Shown here one piece after another: positions 17,529 to 26,542 of a stretch of 40,457 bases of DNA (its first letter is position 1; each line of letters begins with the position of its first letter). Both the position numbers and the translations under genes were made by a program. This DNA comes from Chloroflexota bacterium. Its GTDB lineage: Bacteria; Chloroflexota; Limnocylindria; Limnocylindrales; CSP1-4. The DNA lies in assembly GCA_031431535.1 (NCBI GenBank), contig JANPDO010000055.1, positions 1 to 40,457 on the forward strand, read 5' to 3'. The notes beneath the pieces were generated by a model. The model saw only the letters and a program-made list of their open reading frames with translations, was not told the origin of the DNA and did no database searches.

Positions 17529-17749
17529 CCATGCGCCCAAACACCGAGTGAGAATCAGGCGCCCGACGGTGCGGGGCTGCACCAGCGACCTGGCACCAAC
17601 ACGGCAAGTCCCAATATTCGGTGCTGTTCATTGCCGGACCCGGCGCTATACTCCCTCACTACCTGCCCGCCATGGCACCGGAGCGCCCGGCGGGCTCGGC
17701 CGAAACGACCACTCTCAGAGGCCACCGCGCTGGCACCGGAGGAGCACTG

Positions 17750-18973
17750 ATGCCGTTGCGTTCCGATTCCGAGAACTTCGCCCTGATCCGGGTGATCGGC
17801 GTTGGCGGCGGGGGCAGCAACGCGGTCAACCGGATGATCCGGGCCGAAATGATGGGCGTCGAATTCATCGCCTGCAACACGGACGCCCAGGCGCTCCTCC
17901 AGGCCGATGCGCCGCACAAGATCAGGATCGGAGACAAGATCACCCGGGGCCTCGGCGCCGGTGGTGACGCCTCGATCGGCCAGCGGGCTGCCGAGGAGGA
18001 CTCAGAGAAGATCAGCCAGGCACTGGCCGACTCGGACATGGTGTTCATCACCGCCGGGCTTGGCGGTGGAACCGGCTCCGGGGCCGCCCCGGTCGTCGCC
18101 CAGATCGCCAAGGAGGGCGGGGCCCTGACGATCGGCGTCGTGACCAAGCCGTTCGCCTTCGAAGGCACGCGCCGCAAGCTCATTGCGGAGCGCGCCGCAG
18201 AGGAGCTCAAGGCGCAGGTCGATACGCTGATTACCGTCCCCAACGACCGGCTCCGGGACGTGGTCCAGAAGAACACCAGCATCCTTGACGCATTCCGGGT
18301 CGTGGACGACGTGTTGCGCCAGGGCGTCCAGGGGATCAGCGACATCATCACGATGCCCGGCTTGATCAACCTCGACTTCGCCGACGTCCGCGCGATCATG
18401 AAGGACGCGGGCTCGGCACTGATGGGGATCGGTCGCGCTTCGGGCGAGAACCGGGCGGTCGAGGCGGCTCGCCAGGCGATCGCCAGCCCGCTGCTCGAGG
18501 TGGATATCGCCGGCGCCCACGGCATCCTGTTCAACATCACCGGCTCGTCGAGCCTGTCGCTTTACGAAGTGACCGAGGCGGCCGAGGAGATCCGGGCCGC
18601 CGCGGACCCGGAGGCGAACATTATCTTCGGGACCAGCTTCAACGAGCGGCTTGGGGATGAGGTCATGATCACGGTCATCGCCACAGGATTTGACGGTGGA
18701 CGCCGCAAGGAAGCGGCGCGCCAGTCGGCAACCGGGGTCATGGATGCCGCCGCGACGGGCCGATCGTCGCGTGATCGCGACTTCCTCGAGGAGCTCCAGC
18801 GCCAGCGCGACGAGGTGGCCACCGGCGGCTATGGCGGTCGACCTCTTGAGGAAGAAGCGGCGGCCGTCGCCATTCCCCGGCTGGAGCGCTCCGTGGGTGA
18901 GCCGACCCGCCGTGCCGCTCCGGCCTATGATGCCGAGGATCTCGAGATCCCGAGCTTCCTTCGCCGCAAGTGA
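17750..18973 (+). CDS. ftsZ: Cell division GTPase FtsZ, 407 aa
   Basis: GGAGGAG RBS 5 nt before the ATG at 17750. [13 protein letters not shown] and the tubulin signature [12 protein letters not shown]. Conserved C-terminal peptide [11 protein letters not shown]. The track extension from 17621 was rejected. Confidence 0.95.
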   Translation: MPLRSDSENFALIRVIGVGGGGSNAVNRMIRAEMMGVEFIACNTDAQALLQADAPHKIRIGDKITRGLGAGGDASIGQRAAEEDSEKISQALADSDMVFITAGLGGGTGSGAAPVVAQIAKEGGALTIGVVTKPFAFEGTRRKLIAERAAEELKAQVDTLITVPNDRLRDVVQKNTSILDAFRVVDDVLRQGVQGISDIITMPGLINLDFADVRAIMKDAGSALMGIGRASGENRAVEAARQAIASPLLEVDIAGAHGILFNITGSSSLSLYEVTEAAEEIRAAADPEANIIFGTSFNERLGDEVMITVIATGFDGGRRKEAARQSATGVMDAAATGRSSRDRDFLEELQRQRDEVATGGYGGRPLEEEAAAVAIPRLERSVGEPTRRAAPAYDAEDLEIPSFLRRK

Positions 18974-19001
18974 TCCGGGCCGGCACCAGGCCGGCATTCA
19001 C

Positions 19002-19772
19002 GTGGTGACGACCCCCTCGCAACGTGATCGGGCGGAGACGATTTGGGTTGCCCGCGAGCGGATCCTTGGACGGGTCGGCGAGGCGTGCGCGCGGGCGGGG
19101 CGCGACCCTGGCGCGGTGACCTTGCTCGCCGTGTCGAAGACGATACCGGCCGAAGTGCTGCGCGACGCCGTCGCCGCCGGGTTCAACCGGTTCGGCGAGA
19201 ACCGGGTTCAGGAGGCCCTGGCCAAGGCCCCGGACGTCCCCGGAGCGCGCTGGCAGCTGGTGGGTCCGCTGCAGGGCAACAAGGCGCGCAAGGCGCTCGA
19301 GGTGTTCGAGTCGATTCAGTCGGTCGACTCGGTCGAATTGGCGGAGCGGCTCGACCGCATCGTCGGGGACCTTCGCCCAGGGGCGCGCTACCCGGTGCTG
19401 CTCCAGGTCAATGTCGACGATGATCCTGCCAAGGCCGGATTTCAGCCGGGCAGCCTGGAGGCCGCCATTGATCGAACGGCGGGTCCGCTCGGGGCGCTTG
19501 CCTGCCTCGAGATCCGGGGACTGATGACGATCGGTCGCCTCGTCGACGACCCGGAGGCGGCAAGGCCCACCTTTCGCCGGCTGCGGTTGCTGTCGGAGCG
19601 GCTGCGGGGCAACGGTGCCCCGATTGGAACTGACTTGTCGATGGGGATGAGCGACGATTTCGAGGTTGCGGTCGAAGAGGGCGCCACGATCGTCCGCGTC
19701 GGGCGCGCCCTGTTTGGCGAGCGACAGGTCCGAGGTGACGAACCGAGCGGGCCACCCGGCGGCACCGTCTGA
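19002..19772 (+). CDS. yggS: YggS-family pyridoxal-phosphate homeostasis protein, ~256 aa
   Basis: LLAVSKT (PLP-lysine), FGENRVQEA, HLIGxLQ-like LVGPLQGNK, MGMSDDFEVAVEEGATIVRVG. Start is GTG 19002 or 19005. The upstream track extension overlaps ftsZ. Confidence 0.88.
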   Translation: MVTTPSQRDRAETIWVARERILGRVGEACARAGRDPGAVTLLAVSKTIPAEVLRDAVAAGFNRFGENRVQEALAKAPDVPGARWQLVGPLQGNKARKALEVFESIQSVDSVELAERLDRIVGDLRPGARYPVLLQVNVDDDPAKAGFQPGSLEAAIDRTAGPLGALACLEIRGLMTIGRLVDDPEAARPTFRRLRLLSERLRGNGAPIGTDLSMGMSDDFEVAVEEGATIVRVGRALFGERQVRGDEPSGPPGGTV

Positions 19773-19821
19773 CCGAGCATTCTGTGGGCGCGCCGAATCG
19801 GGTGACTGGTAGACTCGCGGC

Positions 19822-20061
19822 GTGAACTTTCTAGTGACATTCATCCAGTTCCTGATCATGGCGCTGTGGGCGCTCGTGTTTGGGCGAATGCTGATGTCGT
19901 GGTTCGATCCGTCCGGGCGCACGCAGGTGTCCAGGTTCCTGGTCCAGTCGACGGAGCCCATGCTGGCGCCCGTTCGCCGGCTACTCCCACCGTCCGGGAT
20001 GATGGATTGGTCCGGGCTCATCGTCCTGTTGGTGCTCGGTGTCCTGGTGCGCGCGTTCTGA
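19822..20061 (+). CDS. yggT: YggT-family membrane protein, 79 aa
   Basis: Two TM segments and the typical PVRRLLPPSGMMDWSGLIVLLVL segment. Canonical position after yggS. Confidence 0.85.
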   Translation: MNFLVTFIQFLIMALWALVFGRMLMSWFDPSGRTQVSRFLVQSTEPMLAPVRRLLPPSGMMDWSGLIVLLVLGVLVRAF

Positions 20062-20359
20062 CGCCTTGAGCTCGGCCAGCAGCCGTTTCGCGGCCAGACT
20101 CACGCCACGAGCCTCAGCCAATCGAATTGACGAGGTCGTCGACGGTGTCCTGAGAGTGCGGGTCACCGCGGTCGCGGTCGAAGGCGCCGCTAACGACGCC
20201 CTGATCGAGCTGCTCGCAAGCGAGCTTGAGGTCGCGCGACGTGACGTCCGGATCGTCTCCGGCGGCACAGCGCGTCGGAAGCTCGTCGCAGTCGACGGTG
20301 TCGACCTGGTACCGATCACGGCCAGATGGCCCGGACTCACCGTGCGGACAGGCGGCTGA
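20039..20359 (+). CDS. DUF167 (YggU-like) protein, ~97-106 aa
   Basis: LRVRVTAVAVEGAANDALIELLASELEVARRDVRIVSGGTARRKLVAV matches the DUF167 core. The start is uncertain: GTG 20039 overlaps yggT, TTG 20066 does not. Confidence 0.75.
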   Translation: MSWCARSDALSSASSRFAARLTPRASANRIDEVVDGVLRVRVTAVAVEGAANDALIELLASELEVARRDVRIVSGGTARRKLVAVDGVDLVPITARWPGLTVRTGG

Positions 20360-20448
20360 ACACCGCCCGCCGGTCGGGTATCATCGGCGCCCGCGGCAGC
20401 GACGCCGATCATTCTGACGGCGACACTCGGTCGATCGTGGACCGCCCC

Positions 20449-20525
20449 GGGCGATTAGCTCAGTTGGTCAGAGCGCACGGTTCACATCCGTGAGGTCACT
20501 GGTTCGAGCCCAGTATCGCCCACCA
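20449..20525 (+). tRNA. tRNA-Val (anticodon CAC), CCA encoded
   Basis: Hand-folded cloverleaf: acceptor GGGCGAT/ATCGCCC; D arm GCTC-AGTTGGTCA-GAGC; anticodon arm CACGG-TTCACAT-CCGTG; variable loop AGGTC; T arm ACTGG-TTCGAGC-CCAGT; discriminator A plus CCA. Confidence 0.93.
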
Positions 20526-20576
20526 CATCACCCTCGGTGAGCGGACTCGCGAGCTCTGCAGCAGCGCGGGCAGCCG

Positions 20577-22139
20577 CTACGGCGCGACCAGCTGGAATGT
20601 GTCGAGGATTCGATCGAGCGCGGAGAAGTCCCGGTCCTCGACCGCGGCAACCTGGACGAGCATGAGGAAGCTGCGGTCCGCGGGTTCGGCCACGACCTCG
20701 AGGAATGAGGCGAGGCCGTTCGGGCCGCACCCTCGCCAGACTTGGTACTCGCCACTGTAGAACGCGTCCTCGTAATGGTCGCGCTCGACATCGGTGCAGT
20801 CGGAGCTGAAGTCCGAGAGGGCGAGGTATTCGGCCGGCGTGAAGCTGGCCGGCAGGCTCGTTGACGCGCCAAAGAAGACGCCGGGCGTCTCCCAGCCGTC
20901 GCGCCACGCGTCGATGTCCGGGGCTGCCACGATGACCACCCCCACGTCGGCCCCATCATGCTCCCAGGTTGAGGTCGAAATATCGGTCCAGGCCGTTGGA
21001 AGCTCGACGCTGATGGTGCCGGTGTCGTCGGTCTGCTTGGTGTAGTCGGGGTAGTCGGCGTTGGTCCCCTCGTCCTCGGCGAAGCTGGTGGTGAGCGCGA
21101 GCGGCGCGCCATTGATCTCGCCTTCGAGGACCTCGCTGGTGTCCTGGCGCAGCACCTGGATCGGCATGACATCCGTCGCGCGATGGCTGCGCAGAACCTC
21201 GCAGTATTCGCGCATCGTTCCGTCGGATGCGAGGGCGACGGCCGACAACCGGGTGATGATGTCGCCGGCCACGATCCCCGACTTGGCCGCCGGTGAGCCC
21301 GGCTTGACCGAATAGACCCAGATGCCGGTGAATTCGGCGTTCGTGAAGGCAGAACCGTTGACGCCGATCGAATAGAGGTCCTCGCCCTGCCGAAGTCGTT
21401 CGACGACCTGGCGGGCATCGGCGCTGGAGATCGCCCAATGTTGCTGCGTGGTGGGGTCGCCGGCGTAATGCACACCGACCACCCTGGCGTCCGTGGTGAC
21501 TACCGGCCCGCCCGAGTTGCCCGGGTTGGTGGCGGCGTCGTGCTCGATCGAATCCTCCACCCACGCCCAGTTCTCATCAAGGATGCCGTGGGCCCGGCTG
21601 ACGATGCCGCGGGTGAGGGTGTACTCGGGGTCGCCCAGCGGGAAGCCGGCGACATAGATATCGAGCCCGGGGCGGACCTCATCCTCGTACCACTCGAGAT
21701 AGGGCACGTCGCTGACGCCGTCGATTTCGATCACGGCCAGGTCGGCGCACTCGGACGCACCCAACACCCGCGCGGCATGCTCTTCGCGATCGGGACCGAG
21801 CCAGACCTTGATCGTGGCGGCACCCGTGACCACGTGATTGTTGGTCACCGCGATACCGGACGGGTCGATGACAAAGCCGGAACCGCGTCCTGATCCAACC
21901 TGTTCGCCCGCGTCCGGATCGCGGAAGGTACCGGTCGCCTCGATCTGGATCACGGCGTTGATCGCTTCATCAAACCGGGTCAGGGCGCCTGAGGCGGCCG
22001 ACGCCGCCGGGGATGCCGCTGACGTGGTCGCCGCCGTCGCGGCGGGCGTCGGTGAGGTTGAGGCCGCCGGAGCCGCACCGCATCCGCCGACGATGAGCAC
22101 GCAGCCGAGGGCCGCCGCCACGAGTCGATGCATGATCAT
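20577..22139 (-). CDS. Secreted lipoprotein, trypsin-like (S1C/HtrA-like) serine protease with PDZ domain and an uncharacterised C-terminal domain, ~520 aa
   Basis: Signal peptide with lipobox (LIVGGC). Catalytic triad contexts TNNHVVTGA, CADLAVIEI, GNSGGPVV. PDZ-like segment VYSVKPGSPAAKSGIVAGDIITRL. GGGGAG RBS before the ATG at 22139; the track start is TTG at 22154. Confidence 0.85.
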   Translation of the reverse strand: MIMHRLVAAALGCVLIVGGCGAAPAASTSPTPAATAATTSAASPAASAASGALTRFDEAINAVIQIEATGTFRDPDAGEQVGSGRGSGFVIDPSGIAVTNNHVVTGAATIKVWLGPDREEHAARVLGASECADLAVIEIDGVSDVPYLEWYEDEVRPGLDIYVAGFPLGDPEYTLTRGIVSRAHGILDENWAWVEDSIEHDAATNPGNSGGPVVTTDARVVGVHYAGDPTTQQHWAISSADARQVVERLRQGEDLYSIGVNGSAFTNAEFTGIWVYSVKPGSPAAKSGIVAGDIITRLSAVALASDGTMREYCEVLRSHRATDVMPIQVLRQDTSEVLEGEINGAPLALTTSFAEDEGTNADYPDYTKQTDDTGTISVELPTAWTDISTSTWEHDGADVGVVIVAAPDIDAWRDGWETPGVFFGASTSLPASFTPAEYLALSDFSSDCTDVERDHYEDAFYSGEYQVWRGCGPNGLASFLEVVAEPADRSFLMLVQVAAVEDRDFSALDRILDTFQLVAP

Positions 22140-22319
22140 CGAACAACTCCCCAAGTCAGGAACACGCAGCGGAATGGCCCCCGTCGCGGTCGCGCCAGTA
22201 TCTTGGCACTTCCTCCGCCGCGAAATCAGCCAATCGGCGGGCCACCCAGAACCTTCGCGTCACGGACGCGCCGGGTTGTGCGTCACAGGGGGCAACCAGC
22301 CAGCATCCTCCTCCGCGAT

Positions 22320-22348
22320 GAAGCCCTCGGTCCTCCCCCGAGGGCTTC
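22320..22348 (-). terminator. Stem-loop immediately downstream of the aconitase gene (candidate intrinsic terminator)
   Basis: Perfect 11-bp stem GAAGCCCTCGG / CCGAGGGCTTC with a 7-nt loop, 12 nt past the acn stop codon. There is no clear U-tract on the minus strand, which is common in high-GC genomes. Confidence 0.55.
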
Positions 22349-22360
22349 TTCGTGCCCGAG

Positions 22361-25072
22361 CTACCCGTCGGCCGCCAGGCGGCGAAGGACCGCGGGCAGG
22401 ATTCCGCCCTGGCGGTAGTAGTCCACGTCGATCGGGCCGTCCAGCCGGGCGATGGCCTCGAACCGGCGGGTACTGCCGTCACCCCCGGCGGCGGGATCGC
22501 GAAACGCGCTGATGCTGACCGCCTGGTGCGGCGCCAGGCCGTCGGCCAGGCCGAGCACGTCATAGGTCTCCCGCCCGGTCAACCCGAGGGAAGCAGCGGT
22601 CTCGCCCGGTCGGAACTGGAGCGGCAGGATGCCCATCCCCACAAGGTTGGAGCGGTGAATCCGCTCATAGCTCTCGGCGAGCACGAACCGGACGCCCAGC
22701 AGGGCCGGTCCCTTGGCCGCCCAGTCGCGCGATGAGCCAGAGCCGTATTCGCGACCGGCGAGGATCCCCAGCGGTACGCCCTCGGCCTGGTAGCGCATCG
22801 AAACGTCGTAGATGAACCCGTCCTCGCCGTCGGGCAGGTGAAGCGTGTACGGACCCTCCCGGTCACCCATCAATCGGTTGCGCAGGCGAATGTTGGCGAA
22901 CGTGCCGCGCGCCATGACCTCGTGGTGGCCGCGGCGCGCACCGTAGGAGTTGAAGTCGAGCGGTCCGACGCCCTGCTCCTGGAGCCACCGACCTGCCGGC
23001 GACGAGGGCGAGATCGACCCTGCGGGCGAGATGTGATCCGTGGTCACCGAGTCGCCCAGCACCGCGAGCAGCCGGGCGCCGACGATGTCCCTGACCGGCG
23101 GCGGGACAGAGGCAATTCCGTCAAAGAACGACGGGCGCGCGATGTAGGTGGAGTCGCTGCGCCATTCGTAGCGGTCCCCCGACGGGATGGGCAGCGCCTG
23201 CCAGCGCTCGTCGCCCTCGAACACCGTGGCGTAGGTCGTGCGGAACAATTCGGGATCGATCGAGTCGGCGATCACGGCCCGGATCTCATCTGGCGCCGGC
23301 CATAGATCGGCGAGATAGACCGGCAAGTCGTCCGAACCCGTGCCCAGCGGCTCGCGCGTCAGGTCGATATCGACGCGGCCCGCGAGCGCGAACGCGACGA
23401 CCAGCGGTGGCGAGGCGAGGTAGCTTGCCCTGACCTGCGGGTGGATCCGGCCCTCGAAGTTTCGATTGCCCGACAGCACGGCGGCGACCACCAGGTCATT
23501 CGCGTCCACCGCCGCACCGACCGCGTCGTCGAGCGGGCCCGAATTGCCGATACAGGTGGTACACCCATAGCCGGCCAGCGCAAAACCCAGGGTGGCTAAT
23601 GGCGCCATGAGCCCGGCGGCCTCGAGATAGCCGGTGACCGCCCGGGAGCCCGGTGCCAGCGAGGTCTTGACGGTCGGCGCGACCCGCAGCCCTCGGGCGA
23701 CAGCATTGCGGGCGAGCAGCCCGGCCCCGATCATGACGGTCGGGTTGGACGTGTTCGTGCAGGAAGTGATCGCGGCGATGGCCACGGAACCGGTCCGGAT
23801 CGGCGCTGGCTCACCGCCGACCATGATCTCGAATGGCGGGTAGACGGGACCGGCCGCGCCGCCGTCGGCGGCCGACAACCCGGCCGGGAAGTTCGAGCGG
23901 AAGTTGTCGCGCACGGCGGCCAGCGACACCCGGTCCTGCGGCCTTCGCGGCCCCGCGACCGACGGCTCCACGGTGGCCAGGTCGAGCTCGAGCAGCTCGT
24001 CAAAGGTCGGACCGTCGCCAGGCTCGCGCCAGAGCCCTTGCTCCCTGGCATAGCGCTCGACCAGCGCGATCCGCTCTGGAGCCCGACCGGTCAGTCGAAG
24101 GTATGTCAGGGTCTCGTCGTCGATCGGAAAGAGCGTAGCGGTCGCCCCGAATTCGGGGCTCATGTTCGAAATCGTCGCTCGATCGGCCAGCGACAGGCCA
24201 GCCAGGCCGTCCCCGGCAAACTCGACGAAGGCGCCCACGACCCCATGCGCCCGCAGCAATTCCGTCACGACGAGCACGAGATCGGTAGCCGTCGAGCCCT
24301 GCGGCAGCGCCCCGCGCAATCGAACCCCGACGACGTGCGGCATCGGCTGGTAGAGCGGCTGGCCAAGGAGGACCGCCTCGGCCTCGATGCCACCGACGCC
24401 GAAGCCCAGGACACCGAGGCCGTTGATCATCGTGGTGTGCGAGTCCGTCCCGACGAGGGTGTCGGGGAACGCCACGGGGCGACCCGCGGCATCGGCACGG
24501 TCCGCGACGACCGTGGCCAGAAACTCCAGGTTGACCTGGTGAACGATGCCGGTCCCCGGTGGGACGACCCGCAGGTCGCGAAAGGCCGACTGTGACCAGC
24601 GCAGGAGCTGGTAGCGCTCCCCGTTGCGGTCGTATTCGCGCTGCACGTTGAAGGCGAAGGCACCAGGCGTCCCGTAGCGGTCGACCTGCACCGAGTGATC
24701 GATCACCAGGTCGGCCGGGACGAGCGGGTTGACCCGGGCCGGGTCGCCGCCGAGTTCGGCCATTGCGTCGCGCATGACCGCCAGGTCCACCACGGCCGGC
24801 ACCCCGGTGAAGTCCTGGAGCAGGACCCGCGACGGCATGAATGGGATCTCGGCCTCCGCCGGAACGCCCGCGCGCCACGACGCCAGCCGCTCCACGTCGT
24901 CACCGCCAACGATCCCGCCGCCGGCATGGCGGAGCACGTTCTCGAGGAGGATCTTGACCGTTAGCGGGGCCCTGTCCAGGTCGATCCTGTCCGCGAGCGA
25001 GCTCAATCGATAGAGGTCCGGCAGGCCGGTTCCAAGAGATGCCCGGGCGCCAAAGGGGTCTAACGATGCCAA
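22361..25072 (-). CDS. acnA: Aconitate hydratase A, 903 aa
   Basis: Fe-S cluster ligand motifs GTDSHTTM, CTNTSNP, GCTTCIGNSG. Full-length AcnA/IRP-type architecture. TTG start with a GAGGA RBS. Confidence 0.95.
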   Translation of the reverse strand: MASLDPFGARASLGTGLPDLYRLSSLADRIDLDRAPLTVKILLENVLRHAGGGIVGGDDVERLASWRAGVPAEAEIPFMPSRVLLQDFTGVPAVVDLAVMRDAMAELGGDPARVNPLVPADLVIDHSVQVDRYGTPGAFAFNVQREYDRNGERYQLLRWSQSAFRDLRVVPPGTGIVHQVNLEFLATVVADRADAAGRPVAFPDTLVGTDSHTTMINGLGVLGFGVGGIEAEAVLLGQPLYQPMPHVVGVRLRGALPQGSTATDLVLVVTELLRAHGVVGAFVEFAGDGLAGLSLADRATISNMSPEFGATATLFPIDDETLTYLRLTGRAPERIALVERYAREQGLWREPGDGPTFDELLELDLATVEPSVAGPRRPQDRVSLAAVRDNFRSNFPAGLSAADGGAAGPVYPPFEIMVGGEPAPIRTGSVAIAAITSCTNTSNPTVMIGAGLLARNAVARGLRVAPTVKTSLAPGSRAVTGYLEAAGLMAPLATLGFALAGYGCTTCIGNSGPLDDAVGAAVDANDLVVAAVLSGNRNFEGRIHPQVRASYLASPPLVVAFALAGRVDIDLTREPLGTGSDDLPVYLADLWPAPDEIRAVIADSIDPELFRTTYATVFEGDERWQALPIPSGDRYEWRSDSTYIARPSFFDGIASVPPPVRDIVGARLLAVLGDSVTTDHISPAGSISPSSPAGRWLQEQGVGPLDFNSYGARRGHHEVMARGTFANIRLRNRLMGDREGPYTLHLPDGEDGFIYDVSMRYQAEGVPLGILAGREYGSGSSRDWAAKGPALLGVRFVLAESYERIHRSNLVGMGILPLQFRPGETAASLGLTGRETYDVLGLADGLAPHQAVSISAFRDPAAGGDGSTRRFEAIARLDGPIDVDYYRQGGILPAVLRRLAADG

Positions 25073-25292
25073 CGTTTCGTTCCTCGCCTGCTCGCTACAC
25101 TCGATCGGTGCAAGCGTACCGTGCCCGCCGAGCCAACGCCGAAGCGCCTCCGCGATGAGGGGGTGGGGCGATCTGCCGGGCGACGACCCGAGGCGTGACC
25201 GCGAAGCCGCCGCGGCCCAACTCGAGGCCGCCGGGATCGACCTCGACCCCGCCCCGCCCGGCCGCCAGGGGCGTCACGCTGACGACCACGGC

Positions 25293-26213
25293 GTGGCCGG
25301 TCACGCCCATCCGCATCGGCAATCGGCGCCGGGCGAACCGCCGGTCATCGGGATCGTGGGGGCCGGTGCCGTCGGGACTGTGCTCGGGGTCGCCCTGTCG
25401 CGGGCTGGCTGGCCCATCCATGCCGTGGCGAGTCGCGAGGCGACCAGGCGTGAGCGATTCAGATCGTTGGTCGAGGTTGGCCGGGTCTTCGTCGACCCGG
25501 AGCCGCTGCTCGATGAGGTGGAGCTGATCATCCTGGCGGTTCCGGACGATGCCATCGCGCCCCTCGCCGGCACGCTCCGAATGTACGGGGGCCAAGCCAT
25601 GATCCACACCAGCGGCGCGCTTGGGGCCGAGGTGCTCGCGCCGGCCATGGCTGCCGGGACCCAGGTCGGCTCGTTCCATCCGCTGATCGCCGTTGCGGAC
25701 ACGGAGCGCGCGGTCGCCGCCCTCCACGGCGCCACGGTCGCGATCGAGGGCGACGACCAGCTGGCCGCGCTGTTGGCCGCGATGGCCGAGGCGATCGGCG
25801 CGACCCCGGTCCGGCTGGCGCACGGGACCAAGACCGCCTATCACGCAGCCGCGGTGCTGGCCGCCGGCGGCTTCGTGGCGTTGCTCGATGCGATCGCCGA
25901 GCTCGGACAGGTGGCGGGTCTTGATGAGGCGGGCTCGCTGGCCATTTACGGCCGCCTGATTGAGGGAACCCTCGCCAACGCCAGGGCGCTCGGGATTGTG
26001 GCCGCGCTTACCGGCCCGATCACGCGTGGCGACATCGGCACGCTGCGCGCGCACCTGGATGTCCTGCGTGCCCACGCCCCGCTGGTGATGGACCTGTACG
26101 TGGCGGCCGCCCGCCGCGAGATCCGGCTGGCCCAGGGGCGGCGCACGCTTGCACCGGAGATTGTGCAGGCAATGCTCGAATTGCTCACGGAGGCAGTTGC
26201 GCGACCCGCCTGA
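25293..26213 (+). CDS. Rossmann-fold oxidoreductase-like protein, DUF2520 family, ~306 aa
   Basis: IGIVGAGAVGTVLG dinucleotide-binding motif, then LIILAVPDDAI, and C-terminal LTGPITRGD typical of DUF2520. The start is uncertain: GTG 25293, versus the track start at 25155. Confidence 0.75.
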   Translation: MAGHAHPHRQSAPGEPPVIGIVGAGAVGTVLGVALSRAGWPIHAVASREATRRERFRSLVEVGRVFVDPEPLLDEVELIILAVPDDAIAPLAGTLRMYGGQAMIHTSGALGAEVLAPAMAAGTQVGSFHPLIAVADTERAVAALHGATVAIEGDDQLAALLAAMAEAIGATPVRLAHGTKTAYHAAAVLAAGGFVALLDAIAELGQVAGLDEAGSLAIYGRLIEGTLANARALGIVAALTGPITRGDIGTLRAHLDVLRAHAPLVMDLYVAAARREIRLAQGRRTLAPEIVQAMLELLTEAVARPA

Positions 26214-26542
26214 AAGGGTACCATTGCGCCAATGGAGCAGAGTATTGCCGCCAAGTATGCCGCGCGACCCGCGGCGCGATTCGTCAACACGTCGAACCGC
26301 GTTCGCCAACGCCGCCTCGGTCTGCGCCCGGCGGGAGCCTTTCGCGCGCCTGGGATGCGGGCGACCGTCCTTCTCGGCCCGTCGGTTGCCCCGTTAGTCT
26401 TGCTTCGCGCGCGTTGGCGCTCGATCAAACCGGCCCCCGCCCGCGGATCACGAAGCGGTCGTCCCGGACCTCTGGTCGTCATGCAGTGGCCTCGCACCGG
26501 ACGTCCAATGGCGTCCCGACGGCCCGGCGCTGCACCGGCGCC

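Noticed and set aside
17621-17749. N-terminal extensions offered by the ORF track for ftsZ (17621), and likewise for mraZ (2466), murG (11129), ddl (13704), ftsQ (14683), yggS (18690), gcvH (28046), the binding protein (31603), oppC (34552), the protease (22154) and the minus-strand oppF (39519).
   Set aside because: The extensions overlap upstream genes or consist of Arg/Pro-rich filler. Internal starts reproduce the family-typical N-termini, and in several cases a clear GGAGG-type RBS precedes them.
20380-20412. Imperfect hairpin ATCGGCG-13 nt-CGCCGAT, and a TGAACA-16 nt-TATCAT promoter-like pair between the DUF167 gene and tRNA-Val.
   Set aside because: The stem is short with a large loop and no U-tract. 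The promoter-like hexamers overlap the hairpin and match the consensus only moderately. Neither call can be supported without TSS or 3'-end data.
20449-20525. tRNA-Val as an integration hotspot flanked by a genomic island or prophage.
   Set aside because: No integrase, direct repeat of the tRNA 3' end, or compositional shift follows it. The neighbours are a protease and aconitase with native-like composition.
26280-26420. Glycine-riboswitch-like fragments (ACGGGGCAACC...GAGAAGGAC, CCCAGGCGCGCGAAAGGC) seen on the minus strand upstream of the gcv operon.
   Set aside because: They are on the wrong strand relative to gcvT. The GGAGAG and CUCUCAGG cores are missing. The only downstream minus-strand ORF is a shadow of the DUF2520 gene. 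This needs cmsearch to settle, but I cannot support a riboswitch call.
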